64,000 bases of DNA from Pseudonocardiales bacterium. GTDB lineage: Bacteria; Actinomycetota; Actinomycetes; Mycobacteriales; Jatrophihabitantaceae. Where the stretch lies: assembly GCA_032160745.1 (NCBI GenBank), contig JAVHVD010000031.1, forward strand, positions 25,749-89,748, given 5' to 3'. The translations under genes were made by a program, and so were the position numbers. The notes under the pieces were generated by a model that had not been told where the DNA came from, ran no database searches, and worked only from the letters and a program-made list of their open reading frames with translations. Positions 20,261 through 28,272 of the stretch are shown here, one piece after another. Each line of letters starts with the position of its first letter. The first letter of the stretch is position 1.

Positions 20261-20769
20261 TTGATGAAGCGCAGTCATGACCGGCCCCCGCGCGGGCTGA
20301 GCCGGCGCGGCTTCCTGCAGGCCGGCGCCACCATCGGCGCCGGCGCGGCGGTGGCCGGGACGGTCTCGCCCGCGTGGGCGGCCGGGTCGCACGACGAGCT
20401 CGTCGTCGGTGGCCCGCGGGTGGGCGCGATGCGCGACCCGCTCGGCATCCAGTCGCCGCGTCCACAGCTGTCCTGACAGTTGACCGGCGTGGGGGCAGAC
20501 CGCCGGCAGACGGCTACCAGGAGCGGGTCGCGACGACGGTCGCCGGGCTGCGCAACGGGCGCGCCGACCTGTGGGACAGCGGGCGGGTGGCGTCGGCCGT
20601 GCACAGCCAGGTGACGTACGGCGGTAAGGCGCTGGCGTCCCGCACGCGGGCGTTCTGGCGGGTGCGGGCGTGGGACGAGCGCGGCGCGGCCTCCGTCCGG
20701 CTGCCCGGCGCAGCGGACCGCCAGGTGGGCTCCGGCGACCACCGCTTCCGCGCCACCCTCCCGTCCTGA
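20261..20769 (+). pseudogene. Degenerate Tat-exported GH78 rhamnosidase (nonsense mutation, frameshift and large internal deletion)
   Basis: SRRGFL Tat motif; PLGIQSPRPQLS then TGA (20474-20476) where W is expected; frameshift near 20513; then LWDSGRVAS...WRVRAWD joined directly to a C-terminal-like VRLPG...VGSGDHRF. Confidence 0.8.
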
Positions 20770-20783
20770 ACTGGCGGCGGAAC

Positions 20784-20828
20784 GGTGATGCGTGGTGACC
20801 GCCATGGCGGTCAGGACGCATCACCTTC
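20784..20828. repeat. Palindromic element, copy A
   Basis: GGTGATGCGTGGTGACCGCCATGGCGGTCAGGACGCATCACCTTC; near-perfect 42-nt palindrome centred on CCATGG. Confidence 0.85.
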
Positions 20829-21759
20829 TGCGCAGGCCGGTGCCGAGGCGGACGCCGAGGGCGCGAGTGAGCTGGTCGACCACCAGTTGCTCCTCCGTTC
20901 GGACGACCACGCTGGGGTAGCGCAGGACGAGCGCGCCCGCCAGCGACAGTTCGTTCTGCCGGAGTTGGTCGTCGAACCAGCGGCGCGGCGCGAGGTGCAC
21001 CGCGCCGTCGACCTCGACGACGACGCGGCGCCCGTCTGACAGCGTCCACTCCGCGTCGATATAGCGTCGGCGGCCGCCCGCGTCCCGGCGCACCCGCTGC
21101 AGGGTTGGAGGCGGCAAGTCGTTGCGCCGGCACAGCCGGACGAAGTCGATCTCGCTCAGCGCCTGCGCACCCATCTCGATGTCGTCCACCGCGTGCAGCA
21201 GCGCCCGATGGTGTCGCCCGGTCGGGGCGGCCTCGACGGCTGCTCGCAGCTGCGGCACGGTGGTGAGCCGCTGCTGGACCGCCGCCGCCACGAGTCCACA
21301 GGCGGGGCGCGGGCTCCGAAGATCGCTCGCCGCGAGCACGACAGCCGATGCCATCCGCTGACACCGCAGGTTCGGGTGGACCGCCGATGCGTCCATTTGA
21401 CGAGCGCGGTGCAGCACGATCGGAAGGCGGATGTCCGGAGTCCGCGTCCCGGCCGGGGCGAGAACGTGAACCTCGTCCCGCACCCAGCCCGTCAGACCGC
21501 GGGATTCGGCGGCGGAGAACGAAGCGAGGACCGCCCGCGGGCCGCAGTTCAGCACCGCGACCTGCCATTGCTGCTCGCGCGTGAGGTCGGCATTGCCCAG
21601 CACCACCGCCTTGCCGATCACCCGCCAGCGGTGGGCGGCGACGCGGGCGGCGATCTGCGATCGCGTGCAGCCGTGGGCCAGCAGTTCGGCCCGGGTATAG
21701 ACGCCCGGGCCGATCTGGTCGGCGACGCGAACGGCCCGCGCGGCGGCCTGGGTGAGCAT
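20821..21759 (-). CDS. AbiEi-like N-terminus / DUF559 (Vsr-like endonuclease fold) protein
   Basis: N-terminal GVYTRAELLAHGCTRSQI (AbiEi-type wHTH pattern); C-terminal YIDAEW...VVVEVDGAVH...DQLRQNEL...VLRY (DUF559/Vsr-like pattern). Confidence 0.8.
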   Translation of the reverse strand: MLTQAAARAVRVADQIGPGVYTRAELLAHGCTRSQIAARVAAHRWRVIGKAVVLGNADLTREQQWQVAVLNCGPRAVLASFSAAESRGLTGWVRDEVHVLAPAGTRTPDIRLPIVLHRARQMDASAVHPNLRCQRMASAVVLAASDLRSPRPACGLVAAAVQQRLTTVPQLRAAVEAAPTGRHHRALLHAVDDIEMGAQALSEIDFVRLCRRNDLPPPTLQRVRRDAGGRRRYIDAEWTLSDGRRVVVEVDGAVHLAPRRWFDDQLRQNELSLAGALVLRYPSVVVRTEEQLVVDQLTRALGVRLGTGLRRR

Positions 21760-21795
21760 GCCGTGAAGCCTGCCGCTGCCGGTCGACGCGCCGGG

Positions 21796-21840
21796 CTGTC
21801 CACATCGTTCTGTGGACGAATGTCCGATCTGTGGACAACC
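21796..21840. promoter_or_regulatory. Cluster of three DnaA-box-like motifs
   Basis: CTGTCCACA (21796-21804, +), TCGTCCACA (21811-21819, -), TTGTCCACA (21830-21838, -). Confidence 0.55.
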
Positions 21841-21870
21841 GGGCGGGTTCGCGCCCGGCCCTCGCCCGAG

Positions 21871-21915
21871 GGTGATGCAGGATGACCGCCATGGCGGGCG
21901 CCCGGCATCACCTTC
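21871..21915. repeat. Palindromic element, copy B
   Basis: GGTGATGCAGGATGACCGCCATGGCGGGCGCCCGGCATCACCTTC; ungapped 36/45 match to copy A, same orientation. Confidence 0.85.
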
Positions 21916-21936
21916 CGGCGTGACCCAGCGAGCGCG

Positions 21937-24900
21937 TTAGCTCCAGGTCACGTCGTCGATCTGGAAGGACCCGTTCCACGGCGCGAACGTCGTGCCCACC
22001 GCGGCGAAGCCGACCTCGATCCGGGTCACCGCCGCAGCCCCGGCCCAGTCGGCGACGTCGAGCGACAGCGTCGTCCATGCGTCCGGTGACACGGCAAACT
22101 GCTTGGTCAGCACCGCCCCGCCCGCGCCGGTCAGTGTCACGACCGCCTCGTAGCCGGTCGCTCCGGGCACGCCGCCGTAGCAGTTGAAGGCGAGCTGCAA
22201 GGTCGACGCGGCGGAGAGGTCGAGCGGCTGCCCTGGTGCGACATAAGCACTACGGACCGTCGTCGCCGGCACCTGTGCGCCGGTCACCTGCAGGCAGCCG
22301 CCGGAGACACAACTCCCAGGGCGATTCGCGAACGAGGTCACCCGGGCGACCCCCGCGGTGTTGGCGCCGGGCTGCCAGCCCATCGTCCCGGACTCGAAGC
22401 TGTAGCCCGGCGGCTCGACAGTGACCGCGACGGCGTCCTCGGCTCGGACGCCGTTCGCATCGGCCGACACGGTGACCGGGTACGTTCCCGGCTTCGCATC
22501 GGCCGGCACCGACACCGTGAAGTCAGCCGCCCCCGAGGCGGGCCGGCCCTGGTCGCCGAGGGCAACGTCCTGCGCGGTCGGGTCGACGCTCCATCCCGCC
22601 GGCGCGGACGCGCTCACCCGGGCCGTGAGCGGGCTCTGCGCCGTGCCGCTGACCACTGCGTGCACCGACATCGTTGCGCCGGCCACCACGGAAGCCGAGG
22701 TCGGCGTCGTCACCACGCTCAGCGTCGTTGCCAGTGACGCGCGCCGAGCCGTCATCGTGTGCCGCCCCGCGCCCACGCCGGACACCGTGACGTAGGTGCC
22801 ATCGCTGGTCACCTCCGCGCCGCCCAACGCACGCCGGCCGTTCCACACCACGTGCCCGTCCAGCTGCACCACCACCTTCGAGCCCGACGTCGGGACCGAC
22901 AGCGACGCGTGCGTGCCGCCAGGCACGGTTGTCTGCAGGGTGAAGCCCGCGTGCGTCGACGCCCACGACGCGGCGATCGAGCCGTGCGGCGTGGGCACCA
23001 CGCCCTGCGCCCAGTCCAGGTCACCGGGGTGCGGAATCACGGCGAACGTGGCGTACCCGCCCGATGTCGGGGTGACCCCGAGCGTCTCGTTGGTCAACGC
23101 GGCGGTCGGCGCCGAGGCCCAGCCATGGGCCAGGCTGGTGAACTGGCCGATCGTCGGGTCGCCGGACGGGTTCACCTTCTCCCAGAACGTGCTGCCCGGA
23201 TCCTGACCGAGCTGGTACCCCCAGTACTGGCGCAGGAGCTGCTCACCCTGCAGCTGGCTGAGCCCGCTGGGATCCGCGGCCGCCAGCCGCGCCTGGGCCT
23301 CGAAGCCGCTGGGCAGCGGTTCGTAACTCGGGCTGATCGAGGGGTTCGGCGTCTCCGGGGAGACGGTCAGCGAGCCGTACGTACTCCAGTTGTGCTTGCG
23401 CAGGTAGGCCAGTGCCCGCGTCGCCTGGGCGGCGGATGCCACGCCGGTGAGCACCGCTGTCGCATTTGCGTCCTGCGGGTACGCGGTCGGGATCTCGCGC
23501 GACAGGCGGTAGGCGCCGACGGCGGGGTCCCACAGCTGCGCGTTGATGGCCGCTGCGACTGTCGCCGCGCGCGCGGCGTAGGTGGCGGCGTCGCTCCCGC
23601 GGACCCGCGCCAGGCTCGCCATCTCGTCCAGGTTGCGGGCATAGAGCGCGTTGACATAGGTCTCGTGACCGCAGTCGCTGTAGCCGTAATGGCCGCACGA
23701 CCCGACGGACCCGAACGCGATCAGGCCCTGCGGGTCCTGCGCTCGGACGGACTCGAGCCAGGCCATGGCGCGTGTCAGCGCCGCCCAGTTGGCGTCGAGG
23801 TAGCCCCGATCGCCGGTGTAGAGCCAGTGCTCGTACTCGTTGTGGACGAACCAGGTGACGTACTCACCGTAGGTGCGCAGCTCGTCGAAGTTGTGCTGGC
23901 CGACCAGGCTCTCGGCCGGCATGTAGCCGTCCGGCAGCTGCTGGGCGGCGAGCGAGGTCAGTGAGTTGTCGACGGCGGCGACGTCGCCGGTGCTGAGGTA
24001 GGTCACCGGCGCTTGAACGGCGAGGTCGCCCTGCCACACGACCCGGTCGCGCTTGGCGCCGTCCAGGATGACCTCTTGCTGCGGATCGGCGTGCGGGATC
24101 TGCGCGTCGGAATGGTCGGCCTCGCCGTTGGCGTACGGCCAGCTCTTCGCGGTGTCCGACATCCAGGTGTTCATCTGCACGGTGTACGCGCCGGCGTACC
24201 AGAGCTTGTTCAGCTCGTTGTCGCTGCTGAGGAACCAGCCGGCGTAGGCCGCCGGGTCCGCCTGCTTCGGCGCGGCCTGGAAGTCGAGCGAGACGTCGCT
24301 GAGCGACACCGAACCCGGTCCGTCCAGGAAGAAGGTGGCGTAGCGGAAGCCGCCGCGCGGCTGCTTGTCCTGGACCGCGGCCGGCAGCGCCGCGGCATCG
24401 AAGGACAGCGTGTGGCTGTCGGCGTCGTAGCTGTACGGCTGGCCGGGGTAGCCGTTCCAGATGTTCGCGGTGTCGCAGCCCGGCGCATAGGCGGCCTCGC
24501 CGTTGTTCTGCGTCGGTGTGAGTGCCATCTGCGACTTCGACTCGCTGAAGCAGACGTGCAGCGCCGGTGCCGGAGTGGACGCGCCGGTCACGCGAACGCG
24601 GATCTCGCCGCCCACCTCCTTGCCGAAGTCCAGGGCCAGCAGCGGGGACGAGGTGCGCGGGCCGGTGCTGTGCAGCGTCACGCTGGCTTGATCGCCGAGC
24701 GCGGCCTCGGGATCACCGGTGACGGATCCGCCGCGCGGGTCGGCGAAGAGGACGGACGTGGGCCGGACGGTGTGCGATTGCGGCGCCAGGACGTAGGGCT
24801 GCCAGTCGCCGGCTCGCGGCACGTAGTCGGGGTTCGTCCAAGGGCTGCTCTGGTGCCCGGCCGGCTGCCCGGCCGGCTGGTCGGCCGGCGTGGCGCCGGC

Positions 24901-24990
24901 GTCCACGGCGGTCGCCGCCACGAGGGCGCCCGCCAGCGCGCAAAGCAGGGCGGCGCTGCGCCGCGTCGTCTTCCGGTGGTACGGCCGCAT
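21937..24990 (-). CDS. Secreted GH78-like alpha-L-rhamnosidase (DGAKRDR type) with NEW3-like and C-terminal CBM-like modules
   Basis: GAGGAG RBS, ATG 24990, signal peptide; LDFGKEVGG, RGGFRY, DGAKRDRVVWQGD, TFWEK, SLAHGWASAPT. Confidence 0.87.
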   Translation of the reverse strand: MRPYHRKTTRRSAALLCALAGALVAATAVDAGATPADQPAGQPAGHQSSPWTNPDYVPRAGDWQPYVLAPQSHTVRPTSVLFADPRGGSVTGDPEAALGDQASVTLHSTGPRTSSPLLALDFGKEVGGEIRVRVTGASTPAPALHVCFSESKSQMALTPTQNNGEAAYAPGCDTANIWNGYPGQPYSYDADSHTLSFDAAALPAAVQDKQPRGGFRYATFFLDGPGSVSLSDVSLDFQAAPKQADPAAYAGWFLSSDNELNKLWYAGAYTVQMNTWMSDTAKSWPYANGEADHSDAQIPHADPQQEVILDGAKRDRVVWQGDLAVQAPVTYLSTGDVAAVDNSLTSLAAQQLPDGYMPAESLVGQHNFDELRTYGEYVTWFVHNEYEHWLYTGDRGYLDANWAALTRAMAWLESVRAQDPQGLIAFGSVGSCGHYGYSDCGHETYVNALYARNLDEMASLARVRGSDAATYAARAATVAAAINAQLWDPAVGAYRLSREIPTAYPQDANATAVLTGVASAAQATRALAYLRKHNWSTYGSLTVSPETPNPSISPSYEPLPSGFEAQARLAAADPSGLSQLQGEQLLRQYWGYQLGQDPGSTFWEKVNPSGDPTIGQFTSLAHGWASAPTAALTNETLGVTPTSGGYATFAVIPHPGDLDWAQGVVPTPHGSIAASWASTHAGFTLQTTVPGGTHASLSVPTSGSKVVVQLDGHVVWNGRRALGGAEVTSDGTYVTVSGVGAGRHTMTARRASLATTLSVVTTPTSASVVAGATMSVHAVVSGTAQSPLTARVSASAPAGWSVDPTAQDVALGDQGRPASGAADFTVSVPADAKPGTYPVTVSADANGVRAEDAVAVTVEPPGYSFESGTMGWQPGANTAGVARVTSFANRPGSCVSGGCLQVTGAQVPATTVRSAYVAPGQPLDLSAASTLQLAFNCYGGVPGATGYEAVVTLTGAGGAVLTKQFAVSPDAWTTLSLDVADWAGAAAVTRIEVGFAAVGTTFAPWNGSFQIDDVTWS

Positions 24991-25051
24991 GCCCGGTACT
25001 CCTCGCCTCGGTCGTTGCGACGGGGCGACTCGGAGGGGCGGCCACCCCGGA

Positions 25052-25107
25052 ACGAAACGTTTCAACAGGTGCGTTCCGAGCCTCGGTGGCTAAACCGGAC
25101 GTGTCAA
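25052..25107 (-). promoter_or_regulatory. Sigma-70-type promoter and LacI-family operator for the minus-strand GH78 gene
   Basis: Minus strand: TTGACA (25107-25102), 17-nt spacer, GAGGCT, then operator TTGAAACGTTTCG (25065-25053). Confidence 0.65.
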
Positions 25108-25252
25108 GCAGATGGCCGATATCGGACGCGCCCACCCTGAGCTCGGGCGGCCGGAATTCAGGGCAATCGCCAGGGTCGCTCCCGATGCCCCGGACCGGCG
25201 CTCCGGCGCATCCTTGCGACATCCGAAAGCAACCACGATGAAAGTGAGCACG

Positions 25253-25510
25253 ATGATGGAATCGATTCGAGCGGCATTCCGACGTGAAGGTCTCGTCCGG
25301 GTCAAGGACGAACGCGTGTTGGGCGGCGTGATCGCCGGACTCGGCCGCCGCGTCGGCCTCGATCCTTGGCCGGCCCGCCTGCTGTTCGTGCTGGTACTGA
25401 TGCTGATCCCGGGTAGCCAGCTGCTGATCTATCCGGTCCTGTGGATCCTCATGCCCCAGGAGATCAAGCCGTCATCCGCCCGGCCCGCGTGGACGACCCC
25501 CACCGCCTGA
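25253..25510 (+). CDS. PspC domain-containing protein
   Basis: LVRVKDERVLGGVIAGLGRRVGLDPWPARLLFV...LIYPVLWILMP is the PspC signature; start 25238 or 25253. Confidence 0.88.
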   Translation: MMESIRAAFRREGLVRVKDERVLGGVIAGLGRRVGLDPWPARLLFVLVLMLIPGSQLLIYPVLWILMPQEIKPSSARPAWTTPTA

Positions 25511-25537
25511 GAGGCGTCCAAAATGAGGCGGGCGGGG

Positions 25538-26407
25538 TCAGCGGCGCGGCTCTCCGACCTCGTCGCGCCAGGAGTGTTGCGGCTCGTAGCCGAGGACACG
25601 GCGGGCCTTGTCGATCGACAGCAGTGTCTCGTTCGGGCCGACGGGCCGGGTGAGCGGGACGTCGGGGAACACCGCGGCCAGCAGCTCCTCGTTCGGGCGT
25701 GACATGACCGTGTCCGCGTTGGCGATGACGAACACGTCGGCGCCGACCGCCTCGTGCTCCAAGGCCCGCCGTACCGCCTGCGCGCCGTCCCGGGCATCGA
25801 TGTAGCCCCACAGGTTCCACCGGCGCAGCTGCGGGTCGGCGTCGTAGGAGGGGAACTGCGCGTAATCCTCGGGGTCCATGACATTGCTGAAGCGCAACCC
25901 GGTCATCGACAGGTCGGGATGCCACCGGCACAGCTGTCGCGCCATCTCCTCCTCGAGCGTCTTGACCAGGGAGTAGGTGCTGTTCGGGCGCGGTGGGTAG
26001 TCCTCGTCGACCGGAACGTAGGGCGGCGGTTCGTCGAACGGCAGGCCGAGCACTGTCTCGCTCGACGCCCACACGATCTTGCGCACGCCGGCGCGCAGCG
26101 CTGCGGTGTAGGCGTTGTAGGAGGCGGTGATGTTGTTGGCGAAGGTGGTTGCATTGGGCACCAGGCCGGGCGCCGGGATCGCCGCCAGGTGGACCAGCGC
26201 GTCGACACCGTCGTGCCGGTCGTCGATCCCGCTCAGCGCCTCGGCGGCCTGGCCGAAGTCCGTCAGCTCGACCGCCGACGAGATCGCGTCGCGGGTCGGC
26301 GAGACGACCCGGTCCAGGGCGACGACCTCCCAGCCCTGCTCGATCAGGTGGGCGACCACGGCGCGTCCCAGCTTGCCGCTGCTCCCCGTCACTGCAACCC
26401 GTGCCAT
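25538..26407 (-). CDS. NAD-dependent epimerase/dehydratase family protein
   Basis: VAVTGSSGKLG, VHLAAIP, WASSET, YSLVK, LRFSNV, YIDARDGA. Confidence 0.9.
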   Translation of the reverse strand: MARVAVTGSSGKLGRAVVAHLIEQGWEVVALDRVVSPTRDAISSAVELTDFGQAAEALSGIDDRHDGVDALVHLAAIPAPGLVPNATTFANNITASYNAYTAALRAGVRKIVWASSETVLGLPFDEPPPYVPVDEDYPPRPNSTYSLVKTLEEEMARQLCRWHPDLSMTGLRFSNVMDPEDYAQFPSYDADPQLRRWNLWGYIDARDGAQAVRRALEHEAVGADVFVIANADTVMSRPNEELLAAVFPDVPLTRPVGPNETLLSIDKARRVLGYEPQHSWRDEVGEPRR

Positions 26408-26609
26408 CGGCCGTCCCTTCGCTCGGGTCTCATTCTGCCCGGACGTCCGAGCACCAACGCCCGCCGGTCGTCGTGGTCGTGGGTTCGGGCGCATCCATGG
26501 GCAACCGTCCGAATTGTCCCTGGCCTCCCGGGGTCGGCAGTGCTTGGATCGGCGGGGTAGCCGGACGCAGTCTGGCGCCCGGCACCGAGCCGTCGGGGGT
26601 GGTCCGTTT

Positions 26610-27377
26610 ATGGACACACAGATCAGCAATCTCGAGCGTGACGGGGAAGTCCGCCCGTTCGCCGCACACGGACACGCGGTCATCGGAAGCGCAGGTGGCC
26701 TCACCCTCTTGAGGGGGGTCTACGAGCCGGGGTGGCGGTGGTCGACGGACCTCGCGCCTATCGCCGGCACCGACTCCTGCCAGATCCACCACCTGGGCTA
26801 CCTCGTCTCCGGCCAGATGCAAATCCGGACCGACGACGGCACCGAGACGACGATCAGGCCGGGCGAGCTGTTCGACCTGCCCGCCGGGCACGACGCGTGG
26901 GTGGTCGGCGACGAGACCTGCGTGATGATCGACTACTCGCCGGACGCGGCGCGTTACGCGCGCCAGGTGGCGAACGAAGCGCCCGCCGACGACAAGTACA
27001 TGACCATCGTCCGTCGCGGCTACGAGGCCTTCAACAGCGGTGACCTCGACACGTTGCGTTCGATCATGGCCCGGGACGTCGTGCAACACGTGCCGGGTTC
27101 GAGCCAGCTCGCTGGTGCCTACAAGGGCATCGACGCGGTACTCGGTTACTACGGCAAGCTCGCCGAGGTGACCGACGGCCGATTCCGCGCCGATCTGATC
27201 AACGTCTTCGGCGACGGGCAAGGGCACGTCACGGCGTTGCACCAGACCACCGCCACGCGGGGCGGGGTGACGCGGGTGAGCCGCGGCGCCATCCTGTTCA
27301 GCTTCCTCGGCGATCGAGCGACCGACCTGCTCGAGATGCACGAGGACCTGCCGGGCGACGACGCGTTCTTCGGCTGA
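26610..27377 (+). CDS. Cupin domain fused to SnoaL/NTF2-like domain
   Basis: PGWRWS...SCQIHHLGYLVSG...PAGHDAWVVGDE (cupin), then VRRGYEAFNSGDLDTL...DVVQHVPG...GAYKG (NTF2-like). Confidence 0.8.
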   Translation: MDTQISNLERDGEVRPFAAHGHAVIGSAGGLTLLRGVYEPGWRWSTDLAPIAGTDSCQIHHLGYLVSGQMQIRTDDGTETTIRPGELFDLPAGHDAWVVGDETCVMIDYSPDAARYARQVANEAPADDKYMTIVRRGYEAFNSGDLDTLRSIMARDVVQHVPGSSQLAGAYKGIDAVLGYYGKLAEVTDGRFRADLINVFGDGQGHVTALHQTTATRGGVTRVSRGAILFSFLGDRATDLLEMHEDLPGDDAFFG

Positions 27378-27449
27378 GGGGAAACACCTACGCGATCTTG
27401 ACACCGATGCGTCGTCATGACGGCGCTTCGGTATCGAGGTCGCTCATGT

Positions 27450-28196
27450 TCAGACGCGGCGGAAGAGCAGCGCGCGCTTGACCTCGGCGATGGCCTTGGT
27501 GATCTCGATGCCGCGCGGGCAGGCCTCGGTGCAGTTGAACGTGGTGCGGCAGCGCCACACGCCCTCGCGTTCGTTGAGGATCTCGAGGCGCTCCTCGGTG
27601 CCCTCGTCCCGGCTGTCGAAGATGAACCGGTGCGCGTTGACGATCGCGGCCGGCCCGAAGTACGTCCCGTCCGTCCAGTACACCGGGCAGGACGTGGTGC
27701 AGGCGGCGCAGAGGATGCACTTGGTCGTGTCGTCGAAGCGTTCCTGGTCGGCCTGCGACTGCCGGTGCTCGCGCGAGGGCTGGTTGCCGTAGGTGATCAG
27801 GAACGGCTTGATCGCGCGGTAGGCCTCGAAGAACGGCTCCATGTCGACGACGAGATCCTTCTCCAACGGCAGGCCCTTGATCGGCTCGACGGTGATCTCG
27901 TCCGGCAGGTCCTTGACCAGCACCTTGCAGGCGAGCCGGTTCACGCCGTTGATCCGCATCGCGTCGGAGCCGCACACGCCATGGGCGCACGACCGGCGGA
28001 ACGTCAGCGAGCCGTCGATCTCCCACTTCACGTGGTGCAGCAGGTTGAGCACCCGGTCCGTCGGCAGCGCCGGGACGTCATAGGACTCCCAGTGCGGCTC
28101 GGCGTCCACCTCGGGGTTGAACCGGCGGATCCTCAGCGTGATCGTCCGCGGCTGCGGCGACGCGGCCACGGCCGGTGACGAGTCAAGAACAGTCAT
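27450..28196 (-). CDS. sdhB: Succinate dehydrogenase iron-sulfur subunit
   Basis: FRRSCAHGVCGSD, LACK, CILCAACTTSCP, CRTTFNCTEACP. Confidence 0.96.
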   Translation of the reverse strand: MTVLDSSPAVAASPQPRTITLRIRRFNPEVDAEPHWESYDVPALPTDRVLNLLHHVKWEIDGSLTFRRSCAHGVCGSDAMRINGVNRLACKVLVKDLPDEITVEPIKGLPLEKDLVVDMEPFFEAYRAIKPFLITYGNQPSREHRQSQADQERFDDTTKCILCAACTTSCPVYWTDGTYFGPAAIVNAHRFIFDSRDEGTEERLEILNEREGVWRCRTTFNCTEACPRGIEITKAIAEVKRALLFRRV

Positions 28197-28271
28197 CGAA
28201 TCTCCTCCGAGCCGCTCACTGCGCTCGAGCCTGTCGTCGACCCCAGCCGGCTCTTCGCGCGAGCGCTCATC
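28193..28271 (-). repeat. MIRU-like intercistronic element with a 25-aa mini-ORF between sdhA and sdhB
   Basis: Contains GATGAGCGCTCGCGCGAAGAGC (28271-28250), identical to 36934-36955; ORF MSARAKSRLGSTTGSSAVSGSEEIR ends in an ATGA overlap with sdhB. Confidence 0.7.
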
Positions 28272-28272
28272 A

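Noticed and set aside
20474-20476. In-frame TGA as programmed readthrough or selenocysteine
   Set aside because: It aligns to a Trp position and comes with a frameshift and loss of the catalytic domain; simple decay explains it.
20821-21759. Calling the DUF559/AbiEi-like gene a complete type IV toxin-antitoxin or defence system
   Set aside because: No AbiEii-like nucleotidyltransferase partner is adjacent; function cannot be supported from sequence.
21796-21840. Replication origin suggested by DnaA-like boxes
   Set aside because: Only three boxes, no AT-rich unwinding element, and no dnaA/dnaN or rep gene nearby.
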